Under the pieces are notes generated by a model, which worked only from the letters and a program-made list of their open reading frames with translations, was not told where the DNA came from and searched no databases. A program made the translations under genes and the position numbers. Positions 52,583 through 64,000 of a stretch of 64,000 bases of DNA are shown here, one piece after another. Origin of the DNA: Tubulanus polymorphus (Eukaryota > Animalia > Nemertea); NCBI RefSeq assembly GCF_964204645.1, contig NC_134029.1, positions 5,394,001 to 5,458,000 of the forward strand, in the 5' to 3' direction. How positions within the stretch are numbered: position 1 is the first letter of the stretch; every line of letters starts with the position of its first letter.

Positions 52583-54258
52583 GATTACGATTACGATTAC
52601 GATTACGATTTATTTACACTCCAACCATTTCCATGGTATATGGAGGAAAACTATTACACATGTATATACAAATATTTACAAAACAACACTAAAGTGATTA
52701 AAATTTAGAGAATGAAAACGTAACGAAATATATATATACATCAACTATTTACAATACTATATATACTATTATATACATCAACTATTTACAATACTATATA
52801 TACTATTGGAGGGATCTATATACATCTAAGCCGGTCTTAATGAATTTAGCTAAGTTGACCGTTGGGTTTTTCAGAATATCAAGGGTATTAAAGGTATTCA
52901 AATTCAAAAAGTTTTTGCGTTGTTCGTTAAGTAAGGTACAGTCAAACAGAAAATGGGATTCGTCACCTAAAGTATTACAAGTGGGGCATATTCTATCGGC
53001 TCTGTCTAAATGAAGGTTTGAAAATTTGTTCACAGGTAAAATATAGGACCCGACCCTAAATTCAAATAAACTAGTTCCTAAGTCATCACCAAGTTCTATT
53101 ATATACTTCTCTAACCTAACATCATTTTTATATTGCCTAAAGTTAGTGTATATCGGATTAGTATTTATGGCAGATACAGTTTCTTGAAGGTGCTGGTCAC
53201 GGAGTATCTGTTTTATTCGTTTTGAAAAAGATTTACTGTTAGTCATGAATTGCTGCGTCCAAATGCAGGACAAACCACAGTCATCAAACGTTTTCTTTAT
53301 ATATGATAACCAAGGGCTCTTAAATTTATCCCTTAAAAATAAATTGAAAGATATTTTATAGAGTATTGAATTAAGTTTGGTTTGCTTTCCAGATACTGTT
53401 TTCACCCAAAAGTTAATCATCCTGCGTCTAACATCTATATTCAAAGGGTAACGTCCTAGCTCTGATAAAACTTGTAAGTTGCGAGAATATTTCGTCACTT
53501 TCATTAAGATTTTACAGAAGAAGCGATGAATATTTTCTAATAAATCAAGATTTTCATATCCCCAGATCTCACACCCATACATGGCTATTGGAGCAACACA
53601 CGTATCAAATAATTTAAACATAACATCTATGGGCAATTTCAAACGTCTGCCTTTTTGAACGATCGAAAACATAGCTCTGATAGCTTTATCGTAAAGATAC
53701 TTTTTTGCCTTAGCAAAGTTACCATTCCAATTGAATTTTACTCCGAGATAAACATAATCTTCAACTACCTCTAACTCTTGATCACCAAACATAAATTTCG
53801 AAATCGTTTTTATCCGGGATTTACTTCGCGCAAATACTAGTACTTTAGTTTTCTCTGGGTTAACAGTGAGACCATTAGCCGCGCAATATTCAAATAAGGT
53901 ATCTAAGTGTAGCTGAAGAGATTTCTCATCCTCAGCAAGAATAACTGTATCATCTGCGTATAGTATTATGAATAAATTCAGTAAAGTTTCAATATCCTGA
54001 TCACGATTCAAATTTAGTTTTTCTATAAATGACAAAGTTGGTTTTCCACGATCAATGAAAAATTCTTCAATGTCGTTTAAGAATAACGAAAAGAGGATAG
54101 GTGAGAGATTTTCGCCTTGTCTTAAGCCTCTATCAGCTGCAAAGTATTGTGACGTGCAACCATTTAATTCAACACATGATTTTATGGAGTTATACATATT
54201 TTTGACCACATTGAAAAAGTTTCCATTAACATTGTTAGCAATTAATTTTCGCCATGAG
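52583..54258 (-). mobile_element. 5'-truncated non-LTR retrotransposon (RTE-X-like) nested in the left TIR
   Basis: RT motifs GLRQGENLSPILF, ILYADD, GLTVNPEKTK and YVYLG; C-terminal RICPTC..GDESHFLFDC; stop at 52803; 3'UTR with an about 38-bp duplication; (AATCGT)n tail at about 52581-52610. The host TIR sequence resumes after the insertion. Confidence 0.9.
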
Positions 54259-54782
54259 GACCCTACCGTACGATAGCGCCACCACAGTCGATTATTTGAA
54301 CCATAACACTTGCGCGTATCGGATTCGGTTTTCACAGAACGATCAGTGACACTTACCAACAATTTTAGAACTTGATTAGATTCTTTAAACTTTTCATTGA
54401 AAAGATCGAATGAGGAAATCACCTCCAATGTGAATAAAAGTAAAAATTCAGGATGCGAAAAACAATTTCCCGTCGAAATTTCCTCCCAGAATCTGGGAAG
54501 AATATATTCACTGTTTAAAAGCTTTACACTAATTTCAAATGATTTACACGAGTTGAATTATTTTGGTTTCTTAGAAATAAAATCAACTTTATTTAAATCC
54601 TTCAAACCATTTTTTCTAAAAACGACCCAGCCCGCGGCATTTTGATTGGGACATGTTTCATTGTGCCATTTATCAATTCAAATGTAATTCCTCAAATTTA
54701 TGAAAAAAAAATTATTGTATAAATTTTGCAAAAAAATAAAGATCTTGTTCAATTTTATGACGCGTTGATTTCTAGATCACGT

Positions 54783-55519
54783 TGTTCCCCACACCATGTT
54801 CCCGTCTCGACCCTTCAAATCTGTCTCTCCTCTCTACACAGTCCCGTGGACCCTATGTTCCCGTCTCGACCCTTCACATCTGTCTCCACTCTCTACACAG
54901 TCCTGTGGACCCTATGTTCCCGTCTCGACCCTTCTAACCTGTCTCTAGTCTCTACACAGTCCCGTGGACCTTATGTTCCCGTCTCGACCCTTCTAACCTG
55001 TCTCTAGTCTCTACACAGTCCCGTGGACCCTATGTTCCCGTCTCGACCCTTCTAACCTGTCTCTAGTCTCTACACAGTCCCGTGGACCCTATGTTCCCGT
55101 CTCGACCCTTCTAACCTGTCTCTAGTCTCTACACAGTCCCGTGGACACCATGTTCCCGTCTCGACCCTTCACACCTGTCTCTACTCTCTACACAGTCCCG
55201 TGGACACCATGTTCCCGTCTCGACCCTTCTAAACTGTCTCTAGTCTCTACACAGTCCCGTGGACACTATGTTCCTGTCTCGACCCTTCAAATCTGTCTCT
55301 ACTCTCTACACAGTCCCGTGGACCCTATGTTCCTGTCTCGACCCTTCAAATCTGTCTCTACTCTCTACACAGTCCCGTGGACCCTATGTTCCCGTCTCGA
55401 CCCTTCACACCTGTCTCTACTCTCTACACAGTCCTGTGGACACCATGTTCCCGTCTCGACCCTTCACACCTGTCTCTACTCTCTACACAGTCCTGTGGAC
55501 ACCATGTTCCCGTCTCGAC
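54783..55519 (+). repeat. 59-bp minisatellite array, about 12.5 copies (left arm)
   Basis: Unit tgttcccgtctcgacccttctaacctgtctctagtctctacacagtcccgtggacccta with variants. Confidence 0.97.
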
Positions 55520-56096
55520 ATTTTTAGTGGACACAGGTTTAGTGAAGCCATTAAGATGGTGGCTGTGTGTTACGTATCTTGTATCAAGATATTTCGATAT
55601 AAGTAATGATTTGTCATTCACGATTTGTCGGGCTACAACAGGCAGAAAAAAATGAAAATTAAGATGAGAATGAAAGCCTTTCGTATTGAAGACCATGGGA
55701 TTCAGCCAAGGAACATTGTAACCTAGTTATACTTCTGATATACCTACCGAATTATCGATTATCAAAAATCTAGAATTTCGACTATTAAGACAATGTCGGT
55801 TGTAATCTTCTGGTTCTTTGAGTTCGTTCTAATGAGTTTTCATTGTAATGTGTATGGTACATATTCCTTAAAATTTCACTGAGTTTGATTGAAAATTGTA
55901 GAAATTTTCCTTATGTATACATGTATCAATATTCAGTCCGTCGGCATCGATTTTGTAGATTTCTCATCTTTTTAATCAATGAATATTCGACCAATTTTAA
56001 TATTAATTTCCATCTTTTTTAAAGGCTTGTCCCACTGAGTGGAAATATTACAAGCCGATTAGATATGTCAGAGTATCCCAGAAACTGTCTAGAAAC

Positions 56097-58790
56097 GGAT
56101 GTGAAGGGTCGAGACGGGAACATGGTGTCCACGGGACTGTGTAGAGAGTAGAGACAGTTTTGAAGGGTCGAGACGGGAACATAGGGTCCATGGGACTGTG
56201 TAGAGAGTAGAGACAGGTGTGAAGGGTCGAGACGGGAACATGGTGTCCACGGGACTGTGTAGAGACTAGAGACAGGTTAGAAGGGTCGAGACGGGAACAT
56301 AGGGTCCACGGGACTGTGTAGAGACTAGAGACAGGTTAGAAGGGTCGAGACGGGAACATAGGGTCCACGGGACTGTGTAGAGACTAGAGACAGGTTAGAA
56401 GGGTCGAGACGGGAACATAGGGTCCACGGGACTGTGTAGAGACTAGAGACAGGTTAGAAGGGTCGAGACGGGAACATAGTGTCCACGGGACTGTGTAGAG
56501 ACTAGAGACAGGTTAGAAGGGTCGAGACGGGAACATAGGGTCCACGGGACAGTGTAGAGACTAGAGACAGATGTGAAGGGTCGAGACGGGAACATGGTGT
56601 CCACGGGACTGTGTAGAGACTAGAGACAGGTTAGAAGGGTCGAGACGGGAACATGGTGTCCACGGGACTGTGTAGAGACTAGAGACAGTTTTGAAGGGTC
56701 GAGACGGGAACATAGGGTCCACGGGACTGTGTAGAGACTAGAGACAGGTTAGAAGGGTCGAGACGGGAACATAGTGTCCACGGGACTGTGTAGAGACTAG
56801 AGACAGGTTAGAAGGGTCGAGACGGGAACATAGGGTCCACGGGACTGTGTAGAGACTAGAGACAGGTTAGAAGGGTCGAGACGGGAACATAGGGTTCACG
56901 GGACTGTGTAGAGACTAGAGACAGGTTAGAAGGGTCGAGACGGGAACATAGGGTCCACGGGACAGTGTAGAGACTAGAGACAGATGTGAAGGGTCGAGAC
57001 GGGAACATGGTGTCCACGGGACTGTGTAGAGACTAGAGACAGGTTAGAAGGGTCGAGACGGGAACATGGTGTCCACGGGACTGTGTAGAGACTAGAGACA
57101 GTTTTGAAGGGTCGAGACGGGAACATAGGGTCCACGGGACTGTGTAGAGACTAGAGACAGGTTAGAAGGGTCGAGACGGGAACATGGTGTCCACGGGACT
57201 GTGTAGAGACTAGAGACAGGTTAGAAGGGTCGAGACGGGAACATAGGGTCCACGGGACTGTGTAGAGACTAGAGACAGGTTAGAAGGGTCGAGACGGGAA
57301 CATAGGGTCCACGGGACTGTGTAGAGACTAGAGACAGGTTAGAAGGGTCGAGACGGGAACATAGGGTCCACGGGACTGTGTAGAGACTAGAGACAGGTTA
57401 GAAGGGTCGAGACGGGAACATAGTGTCCACGGGACTGTGTAGAGACTAGAGACAGGTTAGAAGGGTCGAGACGGGAACATAGGGTCCACGGGACAGTGTA
57501 GAGACTAGAGACAGATGTGAAGGGTCGAGACGGGAACATGGTGTCCACGGGACTGTGTAGAGACTAGAGACAGGTTAGAAGGGTCGAGACGGGAACATGG
57601 TGTCCACGGGACTGTGTAGAGACTAGAGACAGTTTTGAAGGGTCGAGACGGGAACATAGGGTCCACGGGACTGTGTAGAGACTAGAGACAGGTTAGAAGG
57701 GTCGAGACGGGAACATAGTGTCCACGGGACTGTGTAGAGACTAGAGACAGGTTAGAAGGGTCGAGACGGGAACATAGGGTCCACGGGACTGTGTAGAGAC
57801 TAGAGACAGGTTAGAAGGGTCGAGACGGGAACATAGGGTTCACGGGACTGTGTAGAGACTAGAGACAGGTTAGAAGGGTCGAGACGGGAACATAGGGTCC
57901 ACGGGACAGTGTAGAGACTAGAGACAGATGTGAAGGGTCGAGACGGGAACATGGTGTCCACGGGACTGTGTAGAGACTAGAGACAGGTTAGAAGGGTCGA
58001 GACGGGAACATGGTGTCCACGGGACTGTGTAGAGACTAGAGACAGTTTTGAAGGGTCGAGACGGGAACATAGGGTCCACGGGACTGTGTAGAGACTAGAG
58101 ACAGGTTAGAAGGGTCGAGACGGGAACATGGTGTCCACGGGACTGTGTAGAGACTAGAGACAGTTTTGAAGGGTCGAGACGGGAACATAGGGTCCACGGG
58201 ACTGTGTAGAGAGTAGAGACAGATTTGAAGGGTCGAGACAGGAACATAGGGTCCACGGGACTGTGTAGAGACTAGAGACAGGTTAGAAGGGTCGAGACGG
58301 GAACATAGGGTCCACGGGACTGTGTAGAGACTAGAGACAGTTTTGAAGGGTCGAGACGGGAACATGGTGTCCACGGGACTGTCTAGAGAGTAGAGACAGA
58401 TGTGAAGGGTCGAGACGGGAACATGGTGTCTACGGGACTGTCTAGAGAGTAGAGACAGATGTGAAGGGTCGAGACGGGAACATAGGGTCCACGGGACTGT
58501 GTAGAGAGTAGAGACAGGTGTGAAGGGTCGAGACGGGAACATGGTGTCTACGGGACTGTGTACAGACTAGAGACAGTTTTGAAGGGTCGAGACGGGAACA
58601 TAGGGTCCACGGGACTGTGTAGAGACTAGAGACAGGTTAGAAGGGTCGAGACGGGAACATGGTGTCCACGGGACTGTGTAGAGACTAGAGACAGGTTAGA
58701 AGGGTCGAGACGGGAACATGGTGTCCACGGGACTGTGTAGAGACTAGAGACAGTTTTGAAGGGTCGAGACAGGAACATAGGGTCCATGGA
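56097..58790 (-). repeat. 59-bp minisatellite array, about 45 copies, inverted relative to the left array
   Basis: Unit gaagggtcgagacgggaacatagggtccacgggactgtgtagagactagagacaggtta is the reverse complement of the left-arm unit. Confidence 0.97.
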
Positions 58791-59172
58791 GAAAGACCCA
58801 CGGGATCTGTAGAGAAAGATAACGCGTCATGAATTTAACAATCATCTTTATTTTTTTTCAAAATTCATACATTAATTTTCTTCATAAATTTGATGAATTC
58901 GAATTGATTAATGGCAATAAACATGCCCCAAACAAAATGCCCCGGGCCGGGTCGTTTTTTGAAAAAAACGGTTTGAGAGATTTAAGGAAAGTTGATTTTA
59001 TTTTTTAGAAACCAAAATAATTACACTCGTGTTATTCATTCAAGATTATATTTGAAATTAGTTTAGCTTTACCAGTAAATATATATTATTTCTGGGAGGA
59101 AATCTCGACGGGAAATTGCTTACTTCGCATCTTGAATTTTTACTTCTGTTGACATTGGAGGCGTTTTCTTGG

Positions 59173-59370
59173 TAAGTGCAGATCCACACCTCTCGTGATT
59201 GACGCAATCTGCTGAATGACAGAATCCAGGCTAAAATCTTTCTAGTGAAGGTATCTAAAAATTAACCAATGGCAAACCACTGAATTGCTGAATTTTGAAT
59301 CTGAAATACGTATTGATATTAAATGTAATTGATTGAACCGTTTACGCGGGGAGGTGCGGATCTGCACTTA
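59173..59370. mobile_element. MITE nested in the right TIR of the fold-back element
   Basis: taagtgcagatccacacctc ... gaggtgcggatctgcactta inverted ends. The segment is absent from the matching position of the left arm (about 54415). Confidence 0.75.
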
Positions 59371-59925
59371 AGCTTATACCGTTTCCATCATTCGATCTTT
59401 TCAATGAAAAGTTTTCAAAAATCTAATTTGATTTTTTAAAATTGTTGGTAGGTTCACATGCGAAAAACGAATCCGATACGCGCCGTAGTGTTATAGTTCA
59501 AATAATCGACTGTGGTGGCGCTATTGTACGGTAGGGTCGAGACGGGAACGGGTCGAGACAGTAACGGGTCGAGACGGGAACGTGGATGGCTCATATATAT
59601 ATGACATGATGACTGTGTTCCTTTTCAATTTAGTTTTGAAATAAAAGATTTTTATTCAATAAATCATTGTATCAAATCCATTTGCCACATCCAAAAATTG
59701 TTGATGATTAAAGAAATATCTCGAGTCAATAAAATCGAATTGACTTTCGACCAAATCGCAGCGCCACCTAGCCCGTTCGCCATATTGAAAAATTCGCCGT
59801 GCGTGTGAATATTGTGCCGCTGCACGAGGGTTTATCTCGTTTTTCTCTCTCCCCTGCTCACTGGAAATTAATGAAATTCGCCGACGACGAAGACGCCGTG
59901 TGAATCTCACTGAAAAATCAACAAA

Positions 59926-64000
<4,075 letters not shown>

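Larger units (their letters stand above)
52526..59592. mobile_element. Non-autonomous fold-back DNA transposon with long modular TIRs (Sola-like ends)
   Basis: Left end gagctatccacgttccc and right end gggaacgtggatggctc, with ATAT on both sides (52522-52525, 59593-59596). Arm 52526-52582 plus 54259-54780 mirrors about 58790-59592. Internal 59-bp arrays are in opposite orientation around a spacer of about 575 bp. Confidence 0.85.

Noticed and set aside
54783-58790. Regular repeats as a CRISPR array, or the ORFs at 54726-55655 and 58036-58542 as genes
   Set aside because: The units are contiguous 59-mers with no unique spacers, in a eukaryotic context. The ORFs are translations of the satellite.

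Overview
This is eukaryotic (metazoan invertebrate, probably spiralian by inference) gene-dense DNA with spliceosomal introns, so most short ORFs in the track are exon fragments or noise. I assembled these genes by hand: POMP (+), an uncharacterised multi-exon gene (-), GATAD2/p66 with an intronless CDS (+), SCOC (-), two tandem intronless rhodopsin-class GPCRs (+), a peroxisomal acyl-CoA thioesterase (-), a FASTKD5-like gene (+), CDC26 and EIF2B3 apparently sharing one spliced transcription unit (-), ZCCHC10 with a 12.3-kb first intron (-), a Popeye-domain gene (+), two tandem secreted Cys-rich prepropeptide genes (-) and the 5' part of NAA15/16 (+), which has a U12-type and a GC-AG intron. 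Mobile DNA includes a 7-kb fold-back element with GAG...CTC ends and an ATAT duplication. It carries inverted 59-bp satellite arrays, a nested LINE and a nested MITE. There are also several other MITEs and hammerhead-like palindromes. The top leads are (1) a putative CDC26-EIF2B3 bicistronic or cassette-exon locus, (2) a toxin/antimicrobial-like prepropeptide pair in which one copy swapped a Cys pair for an amidation cassette, and (3) the satellite-bearing fold-back transposon. All gene models are manual predictions without transcript evidence.
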